DNA from: Octopus sinensis
Taxonomy: Eukaryota
Direction: 5' to 3'
NCBI RefSeq assembly: GCF_006345805.1
Contig: NC_042998.1
Span: 73,780,001-73,844,000 of the forward strand
DNA length: 64,000 bases
Part shown: piece by piece, positions 37,546 to 52,017 of the stretch
How positions within the stretch are numbered: position 1 is the stretch's first letter
Layout of the letters: each line of letters opens with the position of its first letter
Notes under the pieces: model-generated
Told to the model about the DNA's origin: nothing
Seen by the model: only the letters and a program-made list of their open reading frames with translations
Database searches by the model: none
Position numbers and translations under genes: made by a program

Positions 37546-38069
37546 GTAATGACTATTGCCCTACCAAATTAAAAAAAAAAAACATTCAATAACTACATAT
37601 ATTGTGTGCCCGATTCTGAAAAAAACATTAGGGGCTAGGAAATGATTTCTACTGCCAACTGAATAAAACACCCAACTTCTGGTATCGTTTAAAGGTGATG
37701 TAAGGTTATACATAACATTTTGGTAACGCGTGTATCAGTTTTGTTTAAATGGGTGAGTAGAATCACTAATTTTACATTGTGACAGTCCCACGCATATGGG
37801 GGGGGGTATTCCTGGAAGTATATTCAAGTTGGACTTTTATTGGTAAAAATGAATGGGGCATGTTTTTTTCTGATAAATATAATTTGATTCAAAAATGCGG
37901 GATGGGTGTAAAGAGAGTAATATTTCTTCATGTGCTTTCACACAGAGGACAAATTGTTCGTGAACAAATTGAAAAAACATTATTATAGCGTTAATCTGTG
38001 GTAACGAATAGGTTAAATTTGTAAAGTTTGTCTGATTAGAGAAAGGGAGAATGGGGGAAATGTGTGTGG

Positions 38070-38165
<96 letters not shown>
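38070..38165. repeat. (GATA)n microsatellite
   Basis: Directly visible. Confidence 0.97.
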
Positions 38166-38166
<1 letters not shown>

Positions 38167-38593
38167 GTCATAAACCTGAAGCTATAACATGTGACAACTC
38201 TCAGAAAAGGGATGGGTTTTCGGATATGAAAGAGAACGTAATAGCGAAAATTAAAACAAGATGTAGAATGAACTTAGGGCGAAAATTGCTAAACGACAAA
38301 CGAAAATAGCAGATAGGTTGCGAGGCAAAGAAACTGAAATAAAAGAAGACTTAAGGAATGGGTGGATATGAAAGAGAACAAAGCATTTTATGGACGGGGA
38401 GGATCATAATTAGAGATTTATAGCGGGATAGAATGTAATATAGCGACATTGAGAATTACAGCAAGACAATAAAGAAATAAAACAGAGGTTTAACAATAAT
38501 GAGAAGAGACAAAATGCGAAATATTTCAGTAATTAGAGTTAACATAATTGCTCCAAACCACAACAAATATTTATGATATTAGCGATAATAGGC

Positions 38594-39070
38594 GCAAACA
38601 TGGCTGCGTGGTAAAAGTTTGCTTCCCAGCGACATGGTTTTGAGATCGGTTCCACTATGCGGCAACTTGGGCATGTGTTTTCTACTATAGTCTCAGAGTG
38701 ACCAAAGTGTTGCGAATGAATTTGGTAGACGGAAACTGAAAGAATCCTGTCGCCTGTATATATATATATATATATATATAAACACACACACACACAACCG
38801 GTTATAGATGCATGCATACATATATACACACATACATGTATGTGTATATATATGTATGTATGTGCGTGTTTTTCAGTTTGTTTCTGCCCTTCCACCGCGT
38901 GACAAGCGGTATTGGTATATTTACGTCCCTATAAGTATGTGGTCCGGCAAAATGTAAGATAGAATAGGTCCCAGATTTTAAAATTAAATACTGAGATGGA
39001 TTTGCTTGACTAAAACCCTTACAGGCGATGCCTCACCATGACTGAAAACCAATGACTAAAGCAAGTAAAA
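38594..39070 (+). mobile_element. SINE family B, diverged full-length
   Basis: Head, ggtagacggaaactgaaag body and gactgaa...aagtaaaa tail. Confidence 0.7.
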
Positions 39071-39269
39071 CCTAAATACTAATAATTTACAAGTAAGTAA
39101 AGAAACATGAATGAAAGTGAATTTGGATTACTTGTCTTAAACAGCTGTTAGTTGTTGGCTAGATCCTAAATAAGAATCATATACCTTAAACGATTAGGAT
39201 TAAAACTGTGTTCATACACAGCCGACAGTAGTTCATCTGATGCTCTAGCGGTTGGTCACATCATTATAT

Positions 39270-39415
39270 CAACGCATCTGCGGTATTTCGTCTGTCTTTA
39301 CGTTCTGAGTTCAAATCCCGCTGAGGTCGACTTTGCCTTTCATCCTTTCGGTGTCGATAAAGTAAGTACCAGTTGCGTACTGGAGTCGATCTAATCTATT
39401 CCCCGCTCCCCAAAA
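39270..39415 (+). mobile_element. SINE family A fragment
   Basis: gcggtatttcgtctgtctttacgttctgagttcaaat...gaggtcgactttgcc. Confidence 0.8.
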
Positions 39416-40069
39416 GTAGAAAAGATTATATCAGCGCATTTTCTTCACCATCCTCCGGGTAACACTATTGCCATTTTTTCTGCTGGGTCCATGAGACGGT
39501 TTGACTTACAGAAAATTGTACATTCTACTCCTTATCGTAAAGTTCCTCTTATATCCTATATGGTAATATTGGACTAATAAGTCACCTCAAGACCAACAAA
39601 TTGTAAAATTATTCATCTGTGTCACCAGTCTGGGACGAGGGTCAAGTGCAGAGATCATAGGCCTTGTCACCTTTATCTCAATTCAAAGTATTGTCCGATA
39701 CTCAAGCGTTTCTGCCACAATAATGTAACAATACCATTACTAGCACAGCAACTACGACAACACTACGGCCACTATCACCACAACTACAGTGTTGTTACTA
39801 CAATCACTACATCTTTAATCACAATAGTACTAAATAGACTACTGCAGCAACAACAATGGTTCTACTTCAACCATTTCCACTGCCACAACAGAGGTATACT
39901 ACTCAAAGACTACAACAATATCAATGGTTGTGATAATATACAACTACTACCTCTACTGTTACTCATACCACTACAACCACAACCCCCACTGCATTGACAG
40001 AGACACTACTGCAACCATTATCATCATCACAACAACAATGACTCTAAAAGAACTCTACTACCTCAGTGT

Positions 40070-40310
40070 GTGTAGCGCGGTTTAGTGGGGAAGATATTCG
40101 ACTCGCAATCATAAGACTGTGAGTTCGATTCCTGGCGGTGTGTTGTGCCCTGGAGCAAGTCACTTTATTTCTCAACAGGGAAAAATGATTTGTACCTGTA
40201 CTTCAAATGACCAGCCTGGTCACATTCAGTGTCACGCTGAATCTCAATGAGAACTGTGTTAAGGGTACAGGTGTCTGTGGAGTACATGTGTCTGTGGATC
40301 AACCGAAACC
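40070..40310 (+). mobile_element. tRNA-derived SINE family D (CORE-like); related copies at ~34060-34190, ~43470-43720 and ~62960-63110
   Basis: B-box gtgagttcgattcc followed by gttgtgccctggagcaagtcactttatttc, resembling the CORE motif. Confidence 0.6.
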
Positions 40311-40589
40311 CTCGTCGTCGTAACCGACGAAGTGCCGGTGTAGTACCACTACAGCCACAGCTGTAGAGGTTCTGCACACTACCAATCCAGCCATCTCACT
40401 AACACTGCTGACACCTATATCGCAAGGTCATATTTTGACATGAGATCTCCATGTCATGCACATAAGGTTGTGATTCATGTGCCTAGTGTACCCTCATCAA
40501 ACATGTAGTCATGATGGGTATACTGGGCTTCATATATTTTACCCCAGTGTCAGTTTGATGGCACACAATAATAATATTAATTTCTATAA

Positions 40590-40800
40590 AAGGCACAAGG
40601 CCGGAATTTGGAGTGAGGGGGAGCTAGTCGATTAAATCGACCCCCAGTGCTCAATTTATTGAGTACTTAATATATTGATCTCGAAAGGATGAAAGGTAAA
40701 GTCGACCTCGGCGCAATTTGAACTCAGAGCGTAGTAAAAACGGACGAAATGCCGCGATGCATTTGACCCGGCGTGATAACGATTCTACCAGCTCACCAGT
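40590..40800 (-). mobile_element. SINE family A
   Basis: Reverse complement of the family A head and body. Confidence 0.75.
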
Positions 40801-41454
40801 TGTACCATTGCCACAGTATCAACGTCGTCGTCATTATCATCATCATTAAGAGTCAACAACAACAGCAACATCAAAGATTACCATCGCCAGCACTATTTTT
40901 CCATTGCCTTCACCAACTCCATATTTACCACACACGCACACACCATAAGCATCCAGCACTACACTACCACCACCATTTCCACCATCACCACCACCAGTGT
41001 CTCTCATCAACCACACATCACGAATACCCAGCATAACCACCACCGACCTCGTTGTATCCCTTCACCACCGACACAAGCACTTCAATAGTACCTATCATCA
41101 TCCTCTCTAACTCCGCTACCAGCAACACCAGAAACACCCCGTATCATATGATAATGTCAAGATACAAGTGGGTACTGCCGCTGCTGTTGTTGCTGCTGTT
41201 GTTGCTGCTGCTGCTACTGCTGACGTCTTCTATTGGGTCAACATGTAGCATTTCCTCCTCCCACGTAGAAATATCTGCGTTTAGTGACTTGAAGAATTTC
41301 AGACTCCATTGTTGACATCAACACATGATGTGTGTTTGTGCGTGGGAGCGGGTATGTGTTCATGCTTGTGAGTGCGTGAGTAATGCGTATATGAGTAGTG
41401 CATGTATGTGTGTGGTGTGTGTACGCGCATAAAGAGACATACGCGTTTGGGTAC

Positions 41455-41528
<74 letters not shown>

Positions 41529-41561
41529 GTGTGTGTGTGTGTATGTATATATATATAAATG

Positions 41562-41614
<53 letters not shown>

Positions 41615-41739
41615 CATACATGCATGCATACATATATATATATGCATATGTACATGCATGCATATATATATATTCACGCACATACATGTATATACATATA
41701 TACATATATATATATACATGCGTGTATATATACATATAT

Positions 41740-41829
<90 letters not shown>

Positions 41830-41834
<5 letters not shown>

Positions 41835-42410
41835 TGTTTCTTTATTAGCCACACAGGGCTGAACACAGACGGGACACATTACAAAGAAGAGCTTTTCTTT
41901 TTGAAGAGGAAGAAAGAAGTGGGGTAAGTTTTCGATCAAAAAGGATCGTAAAAAAGGAAAGAAAAAGAAAAAAACGATCAATAGGGATCGTGTATCACAG
42001 AAATGTCATGATGTAAAGTGTAAAGGGGGAAACAGGTAAGGTTTATCCGTGGAAAGAAAAGCCTACGGAAAAGACCACGGCAACTTCGGTCAATAATGTC
42101 ACATGTTAACACATTTATTTGCAAGTAAGTAACTCTCTGTTTTAAATTTTCCGGGTTCATAGGATTATGCCCAAAGTGGCTTCATCATTCATACGTGCCA
42201 TCCTTGCTACATTCACCCATCTTTTTTTTTTTTTTTTGAAACATTCGCAACACAAAACTTGCATCTCTACTCTCACTTTCCTTTTCAAGTGATACTCGAA
42301 GAAGTTGATGAGAGATTGACCAGAGAGGAAAGTGTTTGTCTCTAATCCTTTCAGACGCGTCCACCAGATACATTCTTTCGCCATAGCCCCAAGTATGATG
42401 AAAATAGCTC
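41830..42410 (-). mobile_element. 3' end of an L1/Tx1-like LINE (ORF2 C-terminus and 3' UTR)
   Basis: AKECIWWTRLKG...FFEYHLKRKVRVE...RWVNV pattern, T-rich 3' UTR and aataaa immediately before an (ATCT)n tract. Clade is inferred. Confidence 0.55.
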
Positions 42411-42428
42411 TTCCTTCCCGTATATATA

Positions 42429-42460
<32 letters not shown>

Positions 42461-42607
42461 CAGGATTAATCAGCCGAAATTTGCTAGGATGATCCGGTTC
42501 CTGACTGAAGATTAGAGGCTTCGAATGACCCGTCCGTTTTTTGTGTCGTCTCTTTGTGTATTTTGCGTTCTTGTCCCATTTTGTATTTTTATATATAATT
42601 TTTATAC

Positions 42608-42648
<41 letters not shown>

Positions 42649-42651
<3 letters not shown>

Positions 42652-43035
42652 CGCAGGAGTGGCTGTGTGGTAAGTAGCTTGCTAACCAACCACATGGTTC
42701 CGAGTTCAGTCCCACTGCGTGGCATCTTGGGCAAGTGTCTTCTACTATAGCCCCGGGCCGACCAATGCCTTGTGAGTGGATTTGGTAGACGGAAACTGAA
42801 AGAAGCCTGTCGTATATATGTATATATATATATATATGTGTGTGTGTTTGTCCCCCTAGCATTGCTTGACAACCGATGCTGGTGTGTTTACGTCCCCGTC
42901 ACTTAGCGGTTCGGCAAAAGAGACCGATAAAATAAGTACTGGGCTTACAAAGAATAAGTCCCGGAGTCGATTTAATCGACTAAAGGCGGTGCTCCAGCAT
43001 GGCCGCAGTCAAATGACTGAAACAAGTAAAAGAGT
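42649..43035 (+). mobile_element. SINE family B, well-preserved full-length copy
   Basis: Complete head, CORE-like motif, body and 3' tail ggcggtgctccagcatggccgcagtcaaatgactgaaacaag. Flanked by (TA)n. Confidence 0.9.
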
Positions 43036-43041
43036 AAAAGA

Positions 43042-43083
<42 letters not shown>

Positions 43084-43754
43084 TATGTAAACAGACTGAA
43101 ACATCTTTTAGGAAGCAATGAAAGACGTAATCGAACTGCTTCAGAAGAAAATTTGTTTTGGAAAATTCCGCGTCATCAGACAGTTTATAAGAGACATTTT
43201 TAACCATTCCAGCCAGCCCTGCACACGACGATGGTTAAGTCAGGTCTATTAAATCCATCTGCACCACAGTAGAGCAAAACCGAAAGAAATCGTACCATTC
43301 ACAAATCTGCAGGGAATCCAATCACGTGACTAATCTTAACACTGGTTTATACCCTTTATCAAAGAGAAAGAAAAGAAGAAATGTTAGAGAGAAGTAAGAG
43401 AACGATACTGACTATAACGACTGGGATTTTTACGGGGATTAACCCTTCTGATGTATATATACAGATCATCGGGCTTACAATCATGAGGTAGTGAGTTCGA
43501 TTCCGGAACCGCTCTGTATGTTGTGTTCTTGAGCAAGACACTTTATTTCATGTTGCTTCATTTCACTCAGCTGTAGAAATGAATTGTGACGTCATGCTGT
43601 GCCGGCCTTTGCCTTTCCCTTGGATAACATCGGTGACGTGGAGAGGGGAAATTGATATGCGTGGGCGACTGCTGGTCTCTCATAAACAACCTTGCCCGGA
43701 CTATATATATTTATGCGTGCATGTGAATCCGGTATATGTGTATTTATATATATA

Positions 43755-43980
43755 TTTCTTTACTACCCACAAGGGACTAAACACAGAGGGGACAAACAAG
43801 GCAGACAAACGGATTAAGTCGGTTATATCTACCCCAGTGCGTAACTGGTACTTAATTTATCGACCCTGAAAGGATGAAAGGCAAAGTCGACCTCGGCGGA
43901 ATTTGAACCCAGAACGTAACGGCAGACGAAATACGGCTACGCATTTCGCCCGGCGTGCTAACGTTTCTGCCAGCTCACCG
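43755..43980 (-). mobile_element. SINE family A, well-preserved
   Basis: Reverse complement: gagctggcagaaacgttagcacgccgggcgaaatgcgtagccgtatttcgtctgccg...ggttcaaattccgccgaggtcgac. Confidence 0.9.
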
Positions 43981-45640
43981 TATGTGTATTTATATATATG
44001 GAAGCTTTTGTACAGTGGAGTCACATATGTAAAGACACGAGTATGCTGATAATTCAATATTATTTTAGTTTATTTGATACCTTACAATTGAACTATATGA
44101 ATAGAAAGGGGTTTTACTCCTTTAAGTTATAAAAATCAAACTACCAAAAATTAAAAATATTTTTATGCTTTTATTGAGAGTATCAATAATCCAACACTAA
44201 TGACTACAATTCAATTTAAGAACATTTAAATCATACAATTTTTCGACTAAATGGAATGTGTACATTAAATATCTGGAAGAATGAAATTCATACGCCATTA
44301 GTTTTTGGTCAGGTACCCTAAATTTCTCGAAATTGTATCACATTTACTTGTTATTGAATTCATAAATTTGATAATTAAATCATTTTCAATTTCTCCGTAG
44401 TTTGGCAATATATTTCTTCCCCTATTAGCTGTATAATCATATAATCCACTATATTCCCAGGATTTCCTTTCTTGAATGCTCACACAGAACCGTTTCCATA
44501 GACGTTCCATTGAACTGAAATACTGTTGGTGTGCTTGTAACGGCAGCTCTCAGATCAGTTTCCTCTTTGTTTTGTTTTTGCTTGTTTATCTCTTTTGTGT
44601 TGTGTTGTTTATTTTATTTATTATCATGAATCTGATTATACTCCGGTACGCCTCAGATTTTGGCCATGCTGACTAATTTCTGACCAACTCACTTGCAAAT
44701 GAAAGCATAAATCTATACTGTTCTGATGCACGTGTTCGTCTTTCTCGTTTTCGACTATGACAGCCCGTACTCTCGGCCATCACAGCTGAACAGATTTAAT
44801 TTCGAATCAACCGTCTGTAAAATATTTTTTATCCGGTCCGAGGACGTCTACTTGATACGCTTCTAAAAGAACTAATTGTGGAATGTCTGCGTTTCAGACA
44901 AATATAAATTGCACCTCACTTCACAAACACAGATTCCTTTACTTCAGAATATTAACGACGGCTATGTTTCCTGATTTTCATCCAAAAGCTGTGAATATTT
45001 TGAGCCATCCATCCATGATAAACACCAGTAAGAATAGACAATTATTTCATCGGTTGTCCCCGGAATGGTCAGCAGATGTTACATGATATCAACAACAGTG
45101 CTTATGGCCCAAGATGTCCACATCAGTTATGCTATTGGACAATTCTCAACTGAATTTCTAAAGTCAGGTTACCCGCCTATCTATCATAAAACAGTTATTA
45201 AAAACGTGTCTACTACACATATCAGTTACTAAAATTGAAAAGGTTTTCTAAAATGTTCTTAACTAAAATGACATTCGTTCTGTTGTATTTGTCTTACTAA
45301 TGCTCCTTATGATTGCATAATTACATTAATTTCTTTTAAAACATTCTTTTTTTATTCCTACAGTTTGGATTTTACGTAATTCAATTAACATAATCAGAAT
45401 ACACGTCTTTAAACTAAGTGACGCCAAGACACACACACGCACACACATACATATACATATATGTATAAACATAAATATATACACATACATATATGTATAT
45501 ATATATACATGCATGTATTTATATATGTATGTAGGTATGTATTTATATATGCACGCGCACATATATATACATAACTATATATTATGTGTATGCGTGCATA
45601 TATATACACACACACACCCACACACACACACACATATATA

Positions 45641-45697
<57 letters not shown>

Positions 45698-45761
45698 ACT
45701 GTAAATGCTGCACATACAGACATACACATTTACATACATAATACGTACATTTATGCACCAC

Positions 45762-45800
<39 letters not shown>

Positions 45801-46854
45801 TACACCACACCTACACACACGTACGCACACATATAATACATGCATACATACATATACACAAACACACACATAATATATACATACATACATGCATGCATAC
45901 ATAGGCACTCCCAATGAAGGAAAGGAAAATACATTAGATAATTGTTTGGCATTAATGCACATGTTTATATATGTCTGTATGTTTACATACGTATGTTTGT
46001 TTTTGTGTCCTGTGGCTATGTTCCTGCGTAGGTTTGTGTGTGAGTTTGTAAATGTATGAGTGTGGGAAAGAGGGAGAGATAAGAAGATGATGTATAAAAG
46101 GAAGAAAATTTGCGTTATCTCTTTAAACAGAGAGTCTGTTTGGGTCGCATTGCAACCTGTTGGGTGGTCAGCTTTTATTCTTATTTAATAAAATAAAGAT
46201 AAGGAAACGGTTAATAAAGCGGACGAAGCGGTACAGAGGGTGAAATAAAACAATAGATACAGAATATATATATATGTGGCCAGTGACTAAGATAAATTTT
46301 ATGGGAGTGAAGTGAGACTATATTGTTTCTGGTGGAGAAATCATGGCGAAGCAATAAAATTATTTTCGCAGTGAAACTATTGAGAATCAAATTCCTGTAG
46401 TATTCTTCTTTTCGTTTATTTATCGAGGCGATGTTCATCAAGCATCAACTATGCTGGACTGGCCTTGTACAAAGGATGGACAATAAATGAAGCCCAAAAG
46501 TCATTATTTATTCTAAACTGGCAACAGGAAAACGTCATCCTGAAAAAAACTACAGCTAACGTTCAGAAATGTCTTGAAGCACTACCTCACATTTGCAATG
46601 ACCAAAAAGAGTTTGAATTTTTTTACAAAAGGTAGAAAACAATGGGAAAATATCTGCCATCTAGACTGCGAATTTTGTGAGCCAGACAAAAAACTCAAGG
46701 GGCACCAAAAAACGTCAGCTGAGAATGAGAGGTTTAGCCAACATCAATGAAAAATTACCGACGATCCTGTACAGAATATGTTACCGAAAGCATCGAATAA
46801 ATCTGGATCACCGTAGTCTAAATAAAGCCTACGTTAGAAGATAAAATAAATATA

Positions 46855-47097
46855 TGTCTTGCAAACAACTTGCACATGCAAATGCTACCAGTCAAAAGCT
46901 CCGTATCCCGGAAGCCAGCAAGTGTATGGGGTCATCAGGAGAGAATGCGCACCGTTTCGGGGTCTATCTCTCGACAGCATCAATGATATGAGGCCCCGCT
47001 TGCTAGATCAGCTGGTTATCAAATTAAGCTCAATATCCTTCTAGCCATCGCTCATCGTCTCTTTTTAACCAAATCCAGTGGCTAGCCTTCTCCAGGA
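46855..47097 (-). mobile_element. Second HERO-like LINE 3' end
   Basis: Reverse complement matches ~18635-18885 (gagaaggctagccactgg...ctgatgacccc...gcaagttg). Confidence 0.75.
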
Positions 47098-48481
47098 ATT
47101 TCAGAAGGTGGAATGAGAAAGCACACGACGATGTTCTTTTTCTGATTTTTTCTATTGTTACAACAATATCTTACATTCTGTAGCATTTTTAGTTTAACTT
47201 ACTTCGCTATTTATTATTTGTTGTCAATCTCTATCCGTTGTCTCGCACCAGTGTCAGGTTAGTTTTTAAATCCCACCGTACGTATACTAGAAGGCCATAG
47301 TTAAGAGCACTAAACCGTCCAAACAAGGAAACAAAATAGCTATGTTGATAGATGTACATGAAGACGATCAATTACTTTCAAAGCAAAAAATTATTATTTT
47401 TTTATAATACAATGGCTGTATGCAATTTATTATCCATTTTGCAACATTCTAACTTCTAAATCTAATCCTACCTGACTCAATCGAATTTTATTAATGCCTA
47501 ATTAAGGCATATTAATTATCCTAACTTACAAAAACCCTTGTGATTTGAGGTCTCTGGGGCCTCCAAGTCAGAGAAGTGGTCGAAGTCCCCCACTATTTCG
47601 CTACTGCTGATTCTTAGCTGGAAACAAACTCACCTTTGCCCGGCAAAACTCAGACGGATGGCTGATTCCATTGGCTTGTTTCCTGAGGAATTTGAGTGTA
47701 TGGCTTATTCCATACCTTTAGGTATGTAATTCTAGCAACGAAACGCCACAACCTTAAGACCGCCAAGTTGTAGAGGTGAATGACACTGCCTAAAACATCG
47801 AAGGTAATCGCACACCAACTACACAATAATCACTTGTGAGGAGACAAACAGAAGCTAAGTAGTAACAGGTGCCATTGCTTGAATGATGTTTCCTCGTTGA
47901 CCAAGTTACAACCGGATCTTCAAGTTCATTGCCAAGGCAAATGTTTTTCATGACATTCTCCAAGATCCAGCAAGACGACATTTTCTTCCCGTTTAGCTTC
48001 CAACAACCGAACTCTCAGTCCACATTCTCCATCCAACTTATCACGTGCACAGCTTATGATATTTTTAAACACTCCCACAAAACACAGAAACAGTAATATA
48101 TATATAAATAGATACAGATATAGATACACACACACACACACACACACATACACACATATAGAAACATACACACGTATGTGAGTGTGTATACACACATACA
48201 AACACACGTATGTATACACATACGAAAAGCAGTTATCTACACAGACACTCCTAAACGAGGAAGAAAGAAAAACCTGCTCAGGTTGAAGTGGAAATAAAGT
48301 AGAAGTGTGTGTATATATACGTTATTGTGTGCGTGTCAATTTATGAATTATATTGTGAGTTTTGCTTCCATCAACCATATATATGCATTCCAGAGCTAAA
48401 TAGTGTCTTTCTCTACATATATTTTACCCTCTCGCTCTCCATCTCATCCTATCTTTCTCTATGTTTCTTCTCTTTCTCCTT

Positions 48482-48554
<73 letters not shown>

Positions 48555-48937
48555 GACACACATACACAAACGCACACAGAAATCATCGCCCTCATTCTGA
48601 GCAGTCGTTGACAATCAGTATCTATTCAACCCCACTAACTCTCAATATCTTTCTGTCCACTTAAATCTGGTAACGACTGGTTCGAATATGTTCTTTTTAA
48701 GAGGTCTAACAAGGCAGAAACATGTCCAGAGTTATCATCATAATTCCTAAATACCAGACTTACTCTTCACAGGATACAAATATTCTAGTTCTTTTGTACA
48801 TTTGTCATTTTAATTAACTTAAACATTTATACTCACGACACTATGTCTGTTAGCTGTGACTTAAATATAAGTAGAAAGATATATTTTTCAACGCATAAAT
48901 ACTTATACAACAGCAGAGCAGAAAAAATTGTTAGCAA

Positions 48938-49007
48938 GCAGCCATGAGGATCGAACTCACACTCATCAGATTTCCGGTCAGAGTGCTCTACCTTTAAGCT
49001 AAACTGC
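48938..49007 (-). pseudogene. tRNA-like sequence (SINE head or pseudo-tRNA)
   Basis: ggtagagc A-box-like motif, gagttcgatcc B-box-like motif and an anticodon-like hairpin. The cloverleaf is imperfect. An inverted sibling lies at 49188-49256. Confidence 0.45.
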
Positions 49008-49187
49008 TATATATGCTGTTCTATCAGTATTTACGCGTTGAAAATATATCTTTTTATTTGTACTACAATACATTTCAACGCTTCAAAAACAAACTAATGT
49101 TTGTTTACATACGACGTAATTAAGATGACATGTAGCGTTTCTGGGTAACTGTATAAGCTTTACAATTGCAGATTAATTTGCCAGTCA

Positions 49188-49256
49188 GCGGTTTACCTTA
49201 TGGGTAGAGACTCTGACCGGAAATCAGAGTGGTGTGAGTTTGATCTTCATGGCTGG
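49188..49256 (+). pseudogene. tRNA-like sequence, diverged sibling
   Basis: gggtagag-ac-tctgaccggaaatcagag-tggtgtgagtttgatcttcatggctg. Confidence 0.4.
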
Positions 49257-49623
49257 TTGATAACAAACGTTTCTGCTCTAAAAGGATTTTATGCTATATA
49301 TATATATATATATATATATATTGATCTATCTACATTTCAACGCTCAAAAACAAAATTATGTTTGTTATACGTATGGCGTAATTCTGACTTAAATGCTCTT
49401 TTTCTTTATGCAGAAGATGTCTCTGGGTAATTCCCTTCACCCGGAAAAATATTTACAATCAGCATCAAATCTGTGTACATGTACATTCGTCACCATCTCT
49501 ATATTTTTACATTTATCATCACAACCACCAATCATCAAAATCATTATGTGTGTGTATATATATTTATACATAGATTGATATATATTATATATATATATAT
49601 TATATAAATATATTTGTATGTAT

Positions 49624-49668
<45 letters not shown>

Positions 49669-49876
49669 ATATAAGAATATATGCATAGATTGATATAATA
49701 TATATATATATATATATATGCATATATACATATATGAATGTATGCGTAGGTTAATATATAATATATTATATATATATATATATATTATATATATATATAA
49801 CATATATATGTATATATATAAATATACATAGATTGATATATATATACGCATTCACGCACATATATATATATATATA

Positions 49877-49920
<44 letters not shown>

Positions 49921-50297
49921 TATATATATATATTATATATATATATTATCATTTTGTCCATGTGTAAGTAATTATAATCATCTCTAACCATTCCAGCACA
50001 TACAACAAAATGAAACTTAATCTCAATTGCTATGATACGTTCTTCCAGAGAAGGAGGAAAAAAGACCACCTTTAATTTCCATCAAATTACAAATAGATGT
50101 GATTAACTTCCGGTCAGGAAGTGATTAAGGGAACTATGGCGGTCGACAGGGGCTTGAATTAATTGAACTATTTAGGATAATTCCACCGAAAAATCACGTG
50201 ATATCCCCTTCATTTCAAGGAGTCTTTCCTTAACTCCCAAATGGAAAAACGTCATTATAATTCCGGCAGGAAATAACAGGTTTAAGGATATTCAACA

Positions 50298-50336
<39 letters not shown>

Positions 50337-50353
50337 GGGGGGTTCTGGTAGTG

Positions 50354-50401
<48 letters not shown>

Positions 50402-50689
50402 AGGCTGTTTGGCAAATGCCACAGAACTCCACACTACACACCATTATAGGCGAATTCAAAATATTACATTATAGGGACCATTATAGGCGAATTCAAAATA
50501 TTACATAATATATAAGGGCTTAGTAAAATAAATTACTTTGCCACATACTGAACTCATTAGAAATAGCAGCTAAAGAAATTTCTTCAGCTATTTCCAATAC
50601 TTAAAGAAGATCTCTCTCAGATAGTGTTTGCCTAAACTAACTCACAAAAGTATGGGGGAAAAAACATTAAAAAATCAAGTGCAAAGGTT

Positions 50690-50748
50690 ATTTGAGAACG
50701 TACGTTTCTAGATTAGTCAATTCGACATTTCTTTCTTCAGCTCAGAAT
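50690..50748 (-). ncRNA. Type I hammerhead motif (GUU site)
   Basis: Reverse-complement copy of 50850-50908. Confidence 0.6.
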
Positions 50749-50849
50749 TCCTTGAATCGGATTTGGGAACACTGAAAGTCGGGAGCATGTGATTAGAAGC
50801 CGAAAGGGTATGCTCCCGACTTTCAGTGTTCCCAAATCCGATTCAAGTA

Positions 50850-50908
50850 ATTCTGAGCTGAAGAAAGAAATGTCGAATTGACTAATCTAGAAACGTACGT
50901 TCTCAAAT
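50850..50908 (+). ncRNA. Type I hammerhead motif (GUU site after 50901)
   Basis: attctgag-CTGAAGA-aaga...tcta-GAAA-cgtacg-TT-ctcaaat, with palindromic stem III ACGTACGT. Confidence 0.65.
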
Positions 50909-51403
50909 AACCTTTGCACTTGATTTTTTAATGTTTTTTCCCCCATACTTTTGTGAGTTAGTTTAGGCAAACACTATCTGAGAGAGATCTTCTTTAAGTA
51001 TTGGAAATAGCTGAAGAAATTTCTTTAGCTGCTATTTCTAATGAGTTCAGTATGTGGCAAAGTAATTTATTTTACTAAGCCCTTATATAATAATATTTTG
51101 AATTCGCCTATAATGGTCCCTTTACATACTGAATACTTGGTGAAATTGATTAATAATTAATTAATTTTACCCTCAATTGTTGAAATTATAATTCATCATC
51201 TTTCTCTGCTAAATGCTGCGGTTTTCACCGTTAATACATGGTGTTTGTCAATTTTAACCCACGCTGGTGGAAAGGGGAGAGAGAAAATTCTTCGCTTGCA
51301 TATTCGAATTTTTAGCACTTTTAGTTCGAGCAGAATTCTAGAGGTGATTAGAAGCCGAAAGGGTATGCTCCCGACTTTCAGTGTTCCCAAATCCGATTCA
51401 AGG

Positions 51404-51462
51404 ATTCTGAGCTGAAGAAAGAAATGTCGAATTGACTAATCTAGAAACGTACGTTCTCAAAT
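51404..51462 (+). ncRNA. Type I hammerhead motif, unit 2
   Basis: Same motif as 50850-50908. Confidence 0.65.
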
Positions 51463-51959
51463 AACCTTTGCACTTGATTTTTTAATGTTTTTTTTTCCCC
51501 CATACTTTTGTGAGTTAGTTTAGGCAAACACTATCTGAGAGAGATCTTCTTTAAGTATTGGAAATAGCTGAAGAAATTTCTTTAGCTGCTATTTCTAATG
51601 AGTTCAGTATGTGGCAAAGTAATTTATTTTACTAAGCCCTTATATAATGTAATTTTTGAATTCGCCTATAATGGTCCCTTTACATACTGAATACTTGGTG
51701 AAATTGATTAATAATTAATTAATTTTACCCTCAATTGTTGAAATTATAATTCATCTTTCTCTGCTAAATGCTGCGGTTTTCACCGTTAATACATGGTGTT
51801 TGTCAATTTTAACCCACGCTGGTGGAAAGGGGAGAGCAGAAATTCTTCGCTTGCATATTCGAATTTGATAGCACTTTTAGTTCGAGCAGAATTCTAGAGG
51901 TGATTAGAGCCGAAAGGGTATGCTCCCGACTTTCAGTGTTCCCAAATCCGATTCAAGGA

Positions 51960-52017
51960 ATTCTGAGCTGAAGAAAGAAATGTCGATTGACTAATCTAGA
52001 AACGTACGTTCTCAAAT
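51960..52017 (+). ncRNA. Type I hammerhead motif, unit 3
   Basis: Same motif, with a 1-nt deletion in the stem II loop. Confidence 0.65.

Noticed and set aside
39715-40050. Thr-rich mucin-like coding appearance
   Set aside because: Decayed ACT/ACA trinucleotide repeat with no sustained open frame.
44300-45300. Complex, coding-like stretch, possibly a DNA transposase remnant (also ~56300-56780)
   Set aside because: No diagnostic motif or terminal repeats found. It needs a translated HMM search.
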